From Thelocarpon superellum (Eukaryota): a stretch of 37,471 bases of DNA. Positions 1 through 12,613 of this stretch are shown piece after piece (position 1 is the first letter of the stretch; every line of letters begins with the position of its first letter). Position numbers and translations under genes: made by a program. Below the pieces are notes generated by a model, which worked only from the letters and a program-made list of their open reading frames with translations, had not been told where the DNA came from and searched no databases. Location of the stretch: positions 62,001 through 99,471 of the forward strand of contig JAPEUG010000011.1 of NCBI GenBank assembly GCA_026025795.1. The letters run 5' to 3'.

Positions 1-2962
1 TCGTCGCGACCACGAAGCGACAGCAGGCGAGAGGAGGAGAGAAGTCGGACGGCCACGGGCGGCGACGACTCGCGAGTGAACGGCAGTCTTGTGAAACCGC
101 GGTATGCATTGGGTCAGGCGCAAACGCGCGACCGGCAGTGGCCAGCGGCGAAACAATGGACGATTGGGGTAAGAAGCATCGCCTGGTATAGTTGAATGGA
201 CATGGATCTCCACCCGAGGAGTAAGACTTCGACGTCATCATTCAGTCTTGGGCCCTCGGTGAGGAAAGAGGTAGATACCCTGACGGAGCGGTCCGGTGGC
301 AATAATCGCGCTTTCGACCGTGCGAACAATGGTTGGTCTTCTTACAGCGTGCGGAGCTTGCGGAGTTCGTGGCGTGAACATAACGTCCAAGCCGCTCGGT
401 CTGCTCTTCACATGTTGCGTAGGGTTTCTCCTTGCGCCGGCCGTGCCAATGGTCTGTAGAGGGAGTGTCACGTCTGCGCTGTGCGCGTACTCGTTACATG
501 TGAACCAGACAAGGTTCTGTTACCACCATCACGCCACATTCCAGTGCTTTCCCCGCACACCTCGACAACGCGCACATCTACACCCACCAAGGGCTGGAGG
601 CCGAGGCTTTCCTACCTGACCGTCCAATGACTGCCACCCCTGGCTGCTTATCAACCGCCACCATGCCAACATGAGAGCTAGTTGTCGGCGGGGTGTTGAC
701 CGTACAGCTAGACCTGCTTCTTCGTTACATCTTGCATCGCTAGTCGAAGATATGGCTGGTGTCTAAGTATAGACAGATACGAGACGCACAACTGTGGGCC
801 TCGCATGACGGAGTAAATTCCTGCTGCTCCACGACGACGACCTCGATCGTGGCAACGACAGAGAATGAAGTCTCGTCTCTTGACGCTGTGACGCCGCCAA
901 GATCGCGCCCACGAAACGCTACCTTTCAGTTATGACAACATCACACTTTGCAACAAACGATTGAAGATGGATGGACTCTTTCGACGTCACAGGCCCGTCA
1001 TTCTACGACGATGATCACCCTACCGAAATTGCGACGCCGATAAGTAAAGGAACTCCGCCAATCACGCTCGTTAAGAAGTCCTTTCGCCAACGCGCGCGCG
1101 CTCTAGTAGTGTGACTTGTGTGTCTCTAATCCGGCAGACCTACCCGCCACCATAACAACATGCCCCATTCGCTGCCAGTCTTTCTCGCCTCCGGAAAGGC
1201 GGTGCTTCGTTTCTACTCTTAGCTCGGAGTCACGACCTCGCGATCTGTGTTTGTCCCACTACCTTGCGCGCTGAGAGTCTACCCGTCGCAAGGAGATTGA
1301 TTTCTCGTCATGCCATGTCGGGGAAATAGAAAATTGAGCAAGCAATTTCTCCGATTCTTCGTCGCAGGGATTTGTGCGGGACAAGCCAAGAGGCGCTCCG
1401 TGCCGTCGGATGTGATTGGTTTACCACGTCGACCCATTGCGGCTCTTCCTGGGATGAGAAGTGCCGCAAAAGGGTTCTAGCATGGTCTATCTTTGCTTGG
1501 GCCTACGACAAAAGAGTTTTGCACTTGTAGTGAATCAAGTCTATTCTGTGAATAGGAGTAGCTGCCTGAACGTACAGAGCATGTGCAAGGTAACAAACAT
1601 CAACATCACCCTCCTGGACACTTCTATGGAGGTCGAGGTAACCATTGCGGAAACGCAGGGAGAAACAAATACTGTGCTTTGTACAAAGTAGTCGCCCGGT
1701 GCTTGCGAGACAAAGAAAGCCGATCCGTGGACCATGGCAGCTACTAAATGCTTGTGAGCTTTTACCGGGAAACCCCTGAACTAAGAGGCATCGCTGAGGA
1801 GAACGACGGGCCTCCGCTAGGTGCCACGACGCAGCAAATGACACGGAGTCACTTCATCTTGCCAGCGCGTACTTTTGGCCTGGTGCAAGGTTGGTTTATG
1901 CGAATAAGAGGTGGTGGCGTTGGTGGCGCTGGCTCTCATCTCATCGCCGTCAAGGCATTGATCGCCAGTCAACGAAAACCGATCCCTCTGTCCGCAGATT
2001 GGTTTATGCACTCCAAGGTCCCGTTGACTTCTCCTGCTTGCGGCCGTCAATGTTCAGTGAGGCAAATTCCCTTCGGTGGGTCTTTTGTGATGGCTCTTTG
2101 AGTCTACGGCGCTGGATCAAGTCATCTGCGACGAGGGTAAGGAGGCTCAGCAAGTCATGTCTCAAACTCTTTGTTGCTTCAATCTCCAGCCACACGACCT
2201 CTCCGTACTAAAAACACGTCTATGAATAGGTCTTCGGACAAGGGCATCCTTTTGCTACACACTATTGTGTTTCGTATACCACTATTCGTTACAAATGTCT
2301 CGGCCTTGTCACGGCATTTTCCCGGCGTCACCTGGACCCCTGGGGCTGTAGGCTGTTCGAGTCGTCATCAGATAGGTGTCGTTCTATCCGCTTCCTTGTT
2401 TCACTTGGGACTTGCGCTCAGGTCTTCGGTAGATGTGCGGCGGAATGCGCCCCACCAAACCCCTGCACTGCGTTGTAGTCCATATAGGAGTTGATTGGAA
2501 TCGATACTATCGCCACTGGTGGATGCACAGCGAAAGGCTTCCCATGTCAACAAGTTAGCCGCCGCAGTGGCTGTGGCGGCTGTAGCGGCCGTGGAACCGC
2601 GCCAGCCCATCTAATACCGGCGAACAAGAACCCGATAGCATACGTGTAGTCACGATGCTGTGGGCTGTCCAGCTGGGAATTCGTAGAATTGTTCACCGAG
2701 GATGAATAAAGAATAGCAACAGACGAAAGATGGCAGATTGGAACAGACTGCGATTGGTGAACCAGCAACGAACAAGGCATCAGAAGGTGTATATTATTCC
2801 AGGGTTGAAGTCTTCTGCCCTGCGCTGGACCTCGAAACGGACAGTGTCATTTCGAACCGATTCAACGATACTTGCAGCCGACCCAGGATCAAAGATCGAC
2901 TGCTCTGCTTCCTCCACTTCCGTTTTCTCTCGCACACCACCATTACGAAACAGTCGCACGGA

Positions 2963-3517
2963 ATGGAACAACACGCTCTGCCCTGGGTGTGGGAGCAGCT
3001 CTACTACCTCACCAAACTCCACATGTATAGCACGGCGTCGTGGGGACGGATCGCGGAGATCATGCACGAATCATATGGCATGGACCTCACCAAGTTTGAG
3101 GCCGAAGCGATGTTTAGAGAAGTGTGCGACATCTCTCCGGACTTGGCAGCGGCAGTGGATGCTTTGGGCGACGACCATATCGAGATCACAAGCATGCTGG
3201 AACGATGGAGCCTGACCGGGATCGAGCTCAAGGGCTTGCGGGATGTGCGAAAGAATTGGTGAAGAAGTCGAGAGTTACTGAAGGAGAGAGGGAGCTCCCG
3301 GCGTTCATGGCCGAAGTGCTGCGTAAAAGAAGCGAAGTGGAAAGAGGATGGCGGGAACGAAGCGGAAAAGAGGCATGCGAAATTAGAAGCTCGGGAGAAG
3401 ATGCCTTTCCCAAACCTTTGCAGGAGGGCTGCCGGTGGCAACGGCGCTGCCACTGTCAGAGTCGAGAACGGAGGGCTTTCCATACCACGATTCCTGGCTG
3501 ACAGAATATCTGAATAG
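2963..3517 (+). pseudogene. Possible disrupted hypothetical gene with Myb/HTH-like N-terminus
   Basis: MEQHALPWVWEQLYYL...ASWGRIAEIMHESYGMDLTKFEAEAMF has Myb/SANT-like W spacing. The frame stops at TGA 3260-3262, but charged helical sequence continues in a shifted frame (ELVKKSRV...RGWRER) and again in the original frame (EAEKRHAKLEAREK...TAG 3515-3517). No family recognised. Confidence 0.25.
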
Positions 3518-3759
3518 AAATTCAGGAGCCCTCCCCATTGCACGAGGTGCCCCTCGATATCTCAAGCTCTTTAGTGGAAGGGAAACACGTGAACTTCTGT
3601 CAATTTCCAAGTCAGCTAGATGAGTGCCCGAAACGGTGCAGGACGCTCAGGGAAATAGATTATCTCGTTTTCGTTCAAGACAGCAAATATCCTGCTTCCT
3701 CGGATATTCTCTGAGGAAGCAGTCCTGACCCTAACTTTCACGCCTCTAACTCCGCGAGG

Positions 3760-4392
3760 TCACAAACCATCTCCCCAGATACCTACTACGCTCATGACAA
3801 AGCCTAGGCCCGAGATGCCTGCCCTGACCGCTTGTGCAAGCTGGAATTGCTCCATCCCTTTCCTAATCTCCTCCCCGTTGACCGATGCGTCGACCGCCTC
3901 GGCACGCCGTTTGCCTTTGACAACCCCACGCACATCTTGACTGAGCCAAAAGTCTGCACCTGCCCCGATCGCGACGGTGAGAGCGGTCCAGATGAGATAC
4001 GGGTGCCGGCCGCGTCGTGGTGAGAGGCCGTACGCAAGGACCAGAGACGTTGCCGAGACAGCGGAGAGAGTGCGAAGGTGCGTCAGTCCCACGGACTGCA
4101 GGCGAGCAAAGGAGTATTGTGCTATGAATGCGGTCAGCATCCTAAGCCCCATGGCCGGGGGACGTAATGTGCATACCTTGAGTGGCCGATGGCAGGGCGA
4201 GCAGCGATGGCACGGTCAGAGTTGCCAGTGAATACGAGAGCCCCTAGATGTTGGCGGCCGTCCATCAGCTCGTCGTTCCAATGTCGACCTGAACGTCGCA
4301 TCCGCCTCCTGAGAGTGCAGGGAGCTTACCGTCAGGATGCCGAGGCTGACGGAGCCCACGAACTTGCAAGTTGCGATACTACCTTGCACCAT
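3760..4392 (-). CDS. ATG33: Atg33-like small membrane protein (mitophagy-related family), 163 aa, 3 exons
   Basis: Exons 4392-4330, 4243-4177 and 4121-3760 with GTAAGC/GTATGC donors and TAG acceptors. Spliced start MVQGSIATCKFVGSVSLGILTGLSYSLATLTVPSLLALPSA, plus RHPYLIWT, VNGEEIR and terminal VVGIWGDG motifs, match what I recall of fungal Atg33-like proteins. Confidence 0.75.
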
Positions 4393-4994
4393 CGTGATTG
4401 AGGTGCGCGTACGAGCAGGTCCGGAAATGGTGTCTGCAGTGCAAGTACCTGATGTCGATTAAGTGGAGTAGCGGAGGGAGAGAGACGGACGGTCTACGCC
4501 GGCGCTACAGCTGTGCATGACGTCCGCCGTCGTGCTGGCTACGCACGCGCAATCCGGGCCACTTCGGAATGAAAGGCCCAAAACGCTGCCCGCGCACTAG
4601 CTATTCCCACCTTTTCTTTTCGCCCGTTATATATCTCGGGGCGTATCATCAGCCCTTATCACAGACGCCCACAAAGAATCCTACATTTGCTGTCGAGTCC
4701 ATTCTATTTATGCTACTTGCGTCACGTGCCTAGTCGGACCTTGTGGGCACCGGGCTGGCAATCGCGCTAATATACTACCGACGGCCCGTGGAGATGGGGA
4801 AGCTACAGCGACCTGCCTTAGTGAGACGGGAACAGTGTCAACTCCAGCACGATGGCGAGTCCTGCGGGACTTACTGCATCTCCAAACCATCTCTTCTTTC
4901 CGTCCACCTCTATATTATCTCAATAGTACCGTGCCTACCGCATCATCTGGGGGCTGGTTCACCACAAGTATATACTGTGTGATTGCCTGCCATC

Positions 4995-6171
4995 ATGTCG
5001 CTTCCCAAATCTGCCTACGTATCTGACGTCTGGAGAGATGGCATCTTCGGTACGTTTTGCCGAGGTCCAACAACTCTGCCTTTGCCCCTCACCTATCCCC
5101 AGAATTGGACGGCCAGGAGGATGTTCGCGGGAGACTAATCTCGCCCACCTAGACAACAAGGTCGTTTTTTGTACGGGCGGAGCAGGATCGATATGCAGTG
5201 CCCAGGTGCGGGCGATGGTGAGCTTGGGATGCGATGCATGCATCGTCGGACGCAACGTCGAGAAGACCGAGCGCGTGGCCAAGGACATTGCGACCGCCCG
5301 GCCCGGCGCCAGGGTGCTCGGCTTTGGCTCGATCGACGTGAGGAAGGTCGAGAGCTTGCAAGACGCGGTCGAGCGGTGCGTGCAGGCCCTGGGCGGTATC
5401 GATTTCTTGATTGCCGGCGCCGCGGGCAACTTCCTCAGTCCCATCACGCAACTATCGACCAACGCCTTCAAATCCGTCATGGACATTGATGTGCTGGGCT
5501 CTTATAACACCGTCAAGGCGGCCATGCCATACTTGCTACAGTCGGCGGCCAAGCATCGGAGTGATGGCACGACCGGTGCGTGCCCCTCCCTTTCCGCGAC
5601 GCGCGTCGAGCGTGCTCGTCGTGCCCACCACTAACCCCCGCGGCAGCTCCCCCTGGCGGCACCGGTGGCCGCATCATCTTTGTCAGTGCGACGATGCATT
5701 ATAGCGGAGTGCCGCTCCAGACGCACGTATCCGTGGCCAAAGCCGGAGTGGATGCCATGTCCAATGCGCTCGCCATCGAGATGGGCCCGCGGGGCTTGAC
5801 GTCCAATGTCATCGCGCCGGGACCGATCGCGGCAACGGAGGGAATGGATCGGCTCTCGCGGAAAGAGGACCTGGCAAAGTTGTATGCCCGCGTACCGCTA
5901 GGCCGCTTTGGTACGGTCGCGGAGATCGCCAATGCGACGGTCTTCCTCTTTTCCGACGCCGGGAACTACGTCAACGGGGAGGTCCTCGTCGGTAAGTGGT
6001 GTGCCTCATGGCGGTGCCGGGCAACGCACGCTAATTTCCGGGTTGATAGTGGATGGCGCGGCGTGGCGGACACACGGCGGCGATCCCGGGTCAGGCTTCG
6101 AATATCCTGACTTCCTGCTCAGGGATGAAGTGGTCACAGGGGTCAAGGGTGGAAAGAAGGCCAAGCTGTGA
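4995..6171 (+). CDS. SPS19: Peroxisomal 2,4-dienoyl-CoA reductase (SDR family), 314 aa, 4 exons
   Basis: Exons 4995-5049, 5153-5575, 5647-5991 and 6050-6171. N-terminus MSLPKSAYVSDVWRDGIFDNKVVFCTGGAGSIC; motifs GAAGNF, NAFKSVMDIDVLGSYN, AKAGVDA, NVIAPGPI and TEGMDRL; C-terminal PTS1 -AKL. Confidence 0.93.
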
Positions 6172-6484
6172 TGTGCGCGCTCGTGCCCTTGTACCTCGAA
6201 GTTGCAATGATCAACGTTTGTTCCGACCGCCCGGAATGTCCGGCTAGCCTGCGGGCTGAAGGGGAGTTTTACGATGACTAACCAGGCTAACGATAGCACG
6301 TCCGCTCGTCTATGAGGACGCGTAGTATTATCCGCAGCCGCCACAGCAGCCCGTGCAGCCTCTCTCCAACGCCGAGTAGAGAGAGGCTTCCTAGTAACTA
6401 CTTGGTAGAAGTTGCACAGCACCCTATAGCTCCATCACCGACGGCCTCCTCCGTCCCTCAGTCCCTAGGGGGAGCAGCCAAGTT

Positions 6485-6514
6485 ACTCGTCACTCGTCAC
6501 TCGTCACTCGTCAC
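6485..6514. repeat. Heptamer tandem repeat (ACTCGTC)x4
   Basis: Read directly. Lies about 100 bp upstream of the ATG at 6611. Confidence 0.9.
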
Positions 6515-6610
6515 CTCGTAACTCGATCGTACCGCCACGCGAATCCCAATAATCGACCCGTCTCGTAGCACGCCGCTGGGACCGGGACCCTCCCAAATCG
6601 CGTTGAGGAG

Positions 6611-8290
6611 ATGCCTTCGCCAGCTGCGAACGCCGACCTCGCCCACATGGAGGACTCCATCGTCTCCGTGGAAGGCCCGGTCGGCACGATCAAAGCTCCC
6701 AATGGCCGGACGGCCGAACCTTTGGTCAGTTTCGAGAGTGGCTCGCTCGAGGAGTTGCAACAACAACTCCGACAGCTCCTCGAGGGACACACCAACGAGG
6801 CCGATCCGGCCTTTGTGACAGGCACTTTTGCTATCAGCGCCGACGCCGTCATCCGCATCGCTCGCCCCGTGCCTGAGACGACGGAGAACACGTCGTTGTT
6901 GGACCCGAGCCTCCGGCCAGACCAGCCTGAGAAAGCGACTGCCACACCACCCTTCAATCGCGGCCGACGCGGCAAGACGGTACACGAGGATATCGTCGCC
7001 GGCCGCGTCCTGACCGAGGTCGACACGCCGGCGGAGCGGACCAAGTCACAGCGCGGCATCGCCAAGGCCATCGTCGCCGCCGTCGGGCAGATCGATGGTT
7101 TTGCCTACGGCGTACGGAACGAATGGGAATCCAAAAAGGATGGCCATCGATTCCAGTACGCGTGTCAGGACTCGCTGCAGAACAAAGACCGGAAACGAAA
7201 CACCCTCCGCATCCGCAAGGTCGTGAAGGATCCCGACGCGCCTGGGGCGGGGTCGTGTAAGTCTCTGCCCTCCCCTTCTTCGTTCGTGATCGGCACGATG
7301 GCTGACTTTGCGTCCTTCCTCCAGCGTCGATGCTACCGACCTACGACTGCGGTGGCCTCCTCACCATCAAATTTTCCACCGCCCGGGCGAAGATCGATGT
7401 CATCTACGGACATGCCGCGATCCACCAAACCGTCGCCGCGCGGAGAGACCCTACCCGCAAGGGTGAGAAACAAGGGTCCAAGCCGTCGACGCCTACCTCG
7501 GCTACGACCCAGCCGCCGATGCCCGAGGGCCCCACCTCTACTCCATACTTCTTGCCCAAGCAGACGCCGTCAGAACAGCAGGTAACGCTCGTGCCGGAAC
7601 CGATGGACTATCAACCACACCCCGCCTCGCTGCTCGTACCCACGGGTTTCGATGCCACCGCGACGCCATTCGGTGACGCGCCACCCTTCATGGCGCAGCC
7701 CTTCATGCCCCTTGAGCCACCGCCCCCAAACCCCTTCTTCACGGCCAATGGCACACCCTTGCAAGAAGGCGTTTTCGAGCATCGGCCCGATCTCACAGAG
7801 CCGTGGAAGCCGTTGAAGACAACGACGACGCCCACACCCACCCCAGTGAAAGAAAAGGCGCCGACGACGGAGAAGCGGAAACGGGCGACGGGCATTGTGC
7901 GTTCGCGGAAAGGCTGCACGACGTGTCGGCAGCGGCGGATCAAGGTGGATGGGCTCCCCCTTCCAGACCGCAGGAGCGTATTTGACTTGACCATAGTGTG
8001 ATGAGGGACATCCCATCTGTATCAACTGCTCCAAGAGCCGTCGAGAATGCTCCTACGCGAGCCCCGACGTGTCATCGGCCATGTCGTCGCCCGGCACGAC
8101 GCAAAGTCTTCCCTCAGCGGGGCCGGAGAGCGTGGCGTCAAATCCGGGCCCGGGTGATGGGCACAACTGGCAGCCCCTCCCAACCGACTCTGAGCCGACG
8201 CCGGAGGTCTACCCGGCCCAGGATCTTTCTGCAGGTATCAATGTAGACGAGCGCTTGATGCAATTGCTGAATTCGACAGCGGTGCCTTGA
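6611..8290 (+). CDS. Zn(II)2Cys6 binuclear cluster protein (putative transcription factor), ~519 aa, 3 exons
   Basis: Exons 6611-7256, 7325-7944 and 7997-8290. Splicing intron 2 gives RSRKGCTTCRQRRIK|CDEGHPICINCSKSRRECSY, a canonical CX2CX6CX6CX2CX6C. Intron 1 is GTAAGT...GCTGAC...CCAG. Confidence 0.85.
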
Positions 8291-9688
8291 GCGCGTGGAA
8301 ATCGCAGATATCGCGGATCCCATGGACCGGCCACGAGGCCGCGCCCGTCGTGCTCGGGCGCTCACGAGCTGGAGGACGACCGAGGTGAGGCCGTGCCTGC
8401 CATGCGCCGTGCGACCGAGCTAATCTCCACGAAGCTCGAAGCTTGATGGAGCGTACCAGAGATCTAGCGTCTTCATCCTCTCATCCTCTTTGCAAGAGCT
8501 ACTGCTACAACTAGGCGAATAGAAGTTAATGGGCTTTCTTGTCAGCGGGACGGCCAATATGTAGAGCATGGATGGTGGTGATGGATGGCCATGCACGCCT
8601 TTGGATGCTCGATCTGAGGCCGACCCGCGACCAAAATCTACACCTGCGGGTCCTCGAGACCGTTGAATGAACCCCTGAAAAGGAGAGCGCAGGCTTTGTG
8701 AAAGTAACGGTCCTGACATGTCACGGCGCATGCCGGGATCAGATGAATCTCGAGCCTCACGATAGAGCGCCTGTGCGAGGAAAGGAAATCATCGGCTTGT
8801 CGCAAATAGGTGAGACTAGGCCGATTTCGCCCGCATCTCTCCTGGGCGCACGCGGCCGCGAATGTAAAAGGCATGCCATTCATCGTATTGTCGAGCAAAG
8901 GGATCCGCCAACACGGCTCCAAAGGAATCTCAGTTCCTCGGCATCAGCGCCGTACGGATACCGGAGCAGTAATTTTCAGCGTCTCCGGTGGCGGCATGCA
9001 TGGGTATTTGGGCGGATGATCAACGCCCAACACCGGTACTGGTAGACGCGCCAAGGCTGAGCGAGGCGCAGCCAAAGCCAAGTGGTGCCTGGTTGTGATC
9101 TGGCAAGCGGGAAGCATCCGCACCAGCCACCCCCCAAAGACCGCGGAGCAGGCTTACGTCGATGGTACAAGTCCTCGTACTCGTAGAACTTGGGCGCGCC
9201 TCCGCCTTCGGCTACTTGGCCCGGCGCCAGAAATAGACCCCTCTCAGCAACGGTCGGCGCGGGCCTGTGACTGTGGAGCCCCCCCTAGTATGAGATTGTG
9301 AGCAGAATCATTGATCTTCCATCGGCACTTATTGCTGCTACGTACGACGTATGACGGATGAGGCACTTCACAGTCCACGGCTAGCATTTTCATTCTGACG
9401 CGCAACCACCCACCCGCGCCCGCCTGACAGGATTTGCTCGTGCGAGAGGGTTCGCGATCGCCACCGCGCCGCTGACCGCTGCCCAACCGGCCATCGGCGC
9501 TGACACCGCCTACTGTGTCAACACTTTGCACCGCTTTGCCCCTACAAGACCGCCCGCTCTCCTCCGCCACGAGCCTCACCGCACGTCTTATCTTCCTCCG
9601 TGTCGAACCGTACCGTGCGCCCATCACCGCTGCTTCCCTCCGCGACCCGGAGCACCGCGGTGCTCAGGTTTGATGAGACTCGCTCATC

Positions 9689-11491
9689 ATGGCGGTCTGC
9701 AACACCACGCTCGAAGAGCAATACAGTGCGTTCCGCACGTCCAGCTCAACGTGAAGTCTGATGCTGACCCTACGTTCTAGTCAATGAGATCCCCTGGTCC
9801 CATGGCATGACCTTTCATCATATCGGCTTGATCGTGTCCGCCTTCTTCGCCGCCTTCGCAACGGTGCTGTCATCATATCTGATCTTCATGCATGCTACAC
9901 ATTACTCCAAACCATACATACAGAAACAGTGAGTGACCGTCGACCCCGCTCCTTATGGATGGACCCATGCTAAGCCATCTTGGTCGAATAGCATCATTCG
10001 CCTGCTCTTCATCGTCCCCATCTACTCCGTCGTCTCTTTCCTCTCATATCTCTACTATCGGCATGCCGTTTATTTTGAAGTCTTGATGGGCTGCTATGAG
10101 GCCTTTGCCATCGCCAGCTTCTTCACGCTTCTGTGCCACTACATTGCGCCCAACCTGCATTCCCAGAAGGAATACTTCCGCGGCATCAAGCCGAAGAAAT
10201 GGGTCATCCCGCTTCCCTGGTTCCAAAAATGCACCGGCGGCGAGCACGGATTTCTGCGAACGCCAAGGAGCGGTCTGACCTGGTTCAATGTAAGCTCTCC
10301 CTACCCGGTGGAGGGGATGTGGAAAGTCTCACCGATGTATGTGTGAGATAGGTCGTCTTCCTGGGCGTCTTTCAATACTGCTTCATCCGCGTCTTGATGA
10401 CCTTCGTCGCCACGATCTCGCAGGCAACCGGTCGATACTGCGAGGCGTCCCTTAGCCCGGCCTTTGCGCACGTCTGGGTAAGGCTCTAACGTGGGCGGCA
10501 CCACGCTGAGAGCTGCATGGCTAAGCGTCGTTAGGTCTTGGTCTTTGAGGCGGTGGCCGTGACCGTGGCAATGTACTGCCTGATCCAGTTCTACATCCAG
10601 ACCAAGGAAGACCTTGCCCCCTTCAAGCCTTTGCTCAAGGTCATTTGCATCAAGCTGGTCATCTTCTTCTCCTTTTGGCAAACGGTAGGCAACCACGCTC
10701 TCGGCGCAGGGAACCCGGGGCTGATCAGACCCATGCAGCTGCTCGTGTCCATCCTCACGTCGACGCATATCCTCACTCCCTCGGACAAGATCAATTACTC
10801 CGACTACAAAGTCGGCATCCCGGCCATGATGCTATGTGTCGAGATGGCCATCTTCGCTGTCATGCACATGTTCGCTTTTTCGTGGCGGGAGTTCCGTGTG
10901 TCAGAGGTGTCGGCGTATTATGAGGGCAACACGAGCTACCAGGGCGGGTTCCTCGGCTGGCATGCGTTGCTGGATGCATACAATCTGTGGGATATTGTCA
11001 AGGCTGTGGGCCGAAGCTTCCGCTGGCTGTTCGTCGGCCGCCGAAGCCGGCTCGACGACGTGAGCTACAAGAATACACCGGGCGATCTCAGCCTGGAGCC
11101 GACGCGGAACCAGACCGAGTACGCTGGCGCCGGGGCGGGGAGTTATGCTCCGGGGACCGAGGGCTCCTCGTCCAAGCCGGGGGCCTACCAAGCCCTTCAC
11201 GATGACGATACCGATGACATCTACCACCGAGGCCAATATGGCGGACCGGGGCCGCGACCCAGCATGGCAGGCGGGCGCATGGCGTCGGCTGATGTCGGCG
11301 ACCAGGGTGGACCTCAGCGGTGGGAGGCGAATGGCCAGGCCAACCCGGACCACCTCACGGCCGCTCATCCTGGACCTGGAACGGTCAATCACGGCTCCTC
11401 TCAGGCACCACCTAGCTACCCAGGACCTACTCAGCCGCCAGGGCCATCGCAGGCCATGCACTGGAACACGGGTGGTGGACCGCCCGTGTAG
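9689..11491 (+). CDS. TMEM184/OST-alpha (DUF300) family multi-pass membrane protein, ~503 aa, 6 exons
   Basis: Exons 9689-9725, 9781-9928, 9992-10289, 10352-10477, 10535-10684 and 10739-11491 total 1512 nt in frame. Motifs HATHYSKPYIQKHIIRLLFIVPIYS, CYEAFAIASFF, RTPRSGLTWFN, IKLVIFFSFWQ and LCVEMAIFAVMHMFAF. Confidence 0.9.
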
Positions 11492-12613
11492 CATCTCCAC
11501 ATCGACTAGCATTTTGCACGGGTTCCTTTTCCCCACAGCTGCTCCAGTGTCTGGGATAGACGAGAGCGTTTACGAATTTGCAATCCACCATGCGTGACCA
11601 GAATCCTCTGGTCTGTTCTGGCTTGGAAGGAGGTTTGTCAACGGCGATAAGAGGCGGACGACGCAGCACATCCCCATTTGTGGAAAGGGGTATGATGTCT
11701 TCATATGAGGGTGTATCGAGTAGTTGGCGTAAACCTCGTGGTGGTCGGGGGCGGAGTATTCTTTTTGGAAAATCCAGAATCTGAATGATCACGTTTGAAA
11801 TCTGGGCAAGATCGAACCTCGAGGAGCAAGTAGACGTCAGACCAGGGCCTAGCACAGTTGAGTAGGCATCATATATTCCTGAAGATCTAAGAAGTCGCTG
11901 GCGGCGATGACCAATTACGTATGAGTCCGCGGGGCATTTGGACGTGAACAGGCCGGTTGAACTAGCCACCAGAAATCCCAGAAGCGAGAAGTTTGCCCCC
12001 TTCCTTCTCCATACCGGTCCCCCTCTCGCACACCCCACCCCTCTCCCTGCCCTCGCACACATGTGGTAAAACGGACGTATGTGTATGAGACTTCTTAGCC
12101 AGGTCGTTAACGTATTCGTCGAAGGTGGAGGCGAGGGCGGGGCACCACGTACGAAGTACGACAGCCATCGAACCCTACCCGTACCACGACGCCCTGACCC
12201 GGATACGGGGTGGTGGCGGCGGCGCGGTGCGCGAATGGCACGAGACACGAGTCGCCGCTAAAATCCGTGGAGGATCGCGCCCCAATTTCGGCGACTGCCA
12301 GTCGAGCCCGCCAACCCCACTACTGGTATGACTAGTATATTATCACCACCCACTACTTCGAGAGAATACTGCTCAACAACAAATTTATCTTGCCTCGCCT
12401 CCTCCCCGAGCAGGCCAATCCAGAAACGACAGACGCCAACGAGACGCCATCTTTGCACCGGGCAGATTCGATCGCCCTACGCAAGTCTCTGCTCGACCAA
12501 TTCTTTGAATCTGACGCCGTATCGGAACAAAGACCTGCTGCAACACCCTCTCACCGCCTCCACTCGTGCATCACGCCCCCCCTCTCTCGGGCAGTAAGGG
12601 AACCGTAGCGCTG

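Noticed and set aside
1748..1890. HFILPARTFGL loosely resembling the Pch2/TRIP13 pre-AAA motif
   Set aside because: No Walker A/B motif or AAA domain follows, so probably coincidental.
4393..4994. FarA/oleate-response element in the divergent ATG33-SPS19 promoter
   Set aside because: No CCTCGG/CCGAGG seen in the intergenic region.
11900..12613. Gcn4/CPC-1 sites expected upstream of CPA1
   Set aside because: Only partial matches seen (TGAGTCC near 11922, ATGACTA near 12328). No full TGA(C/G)TCA.
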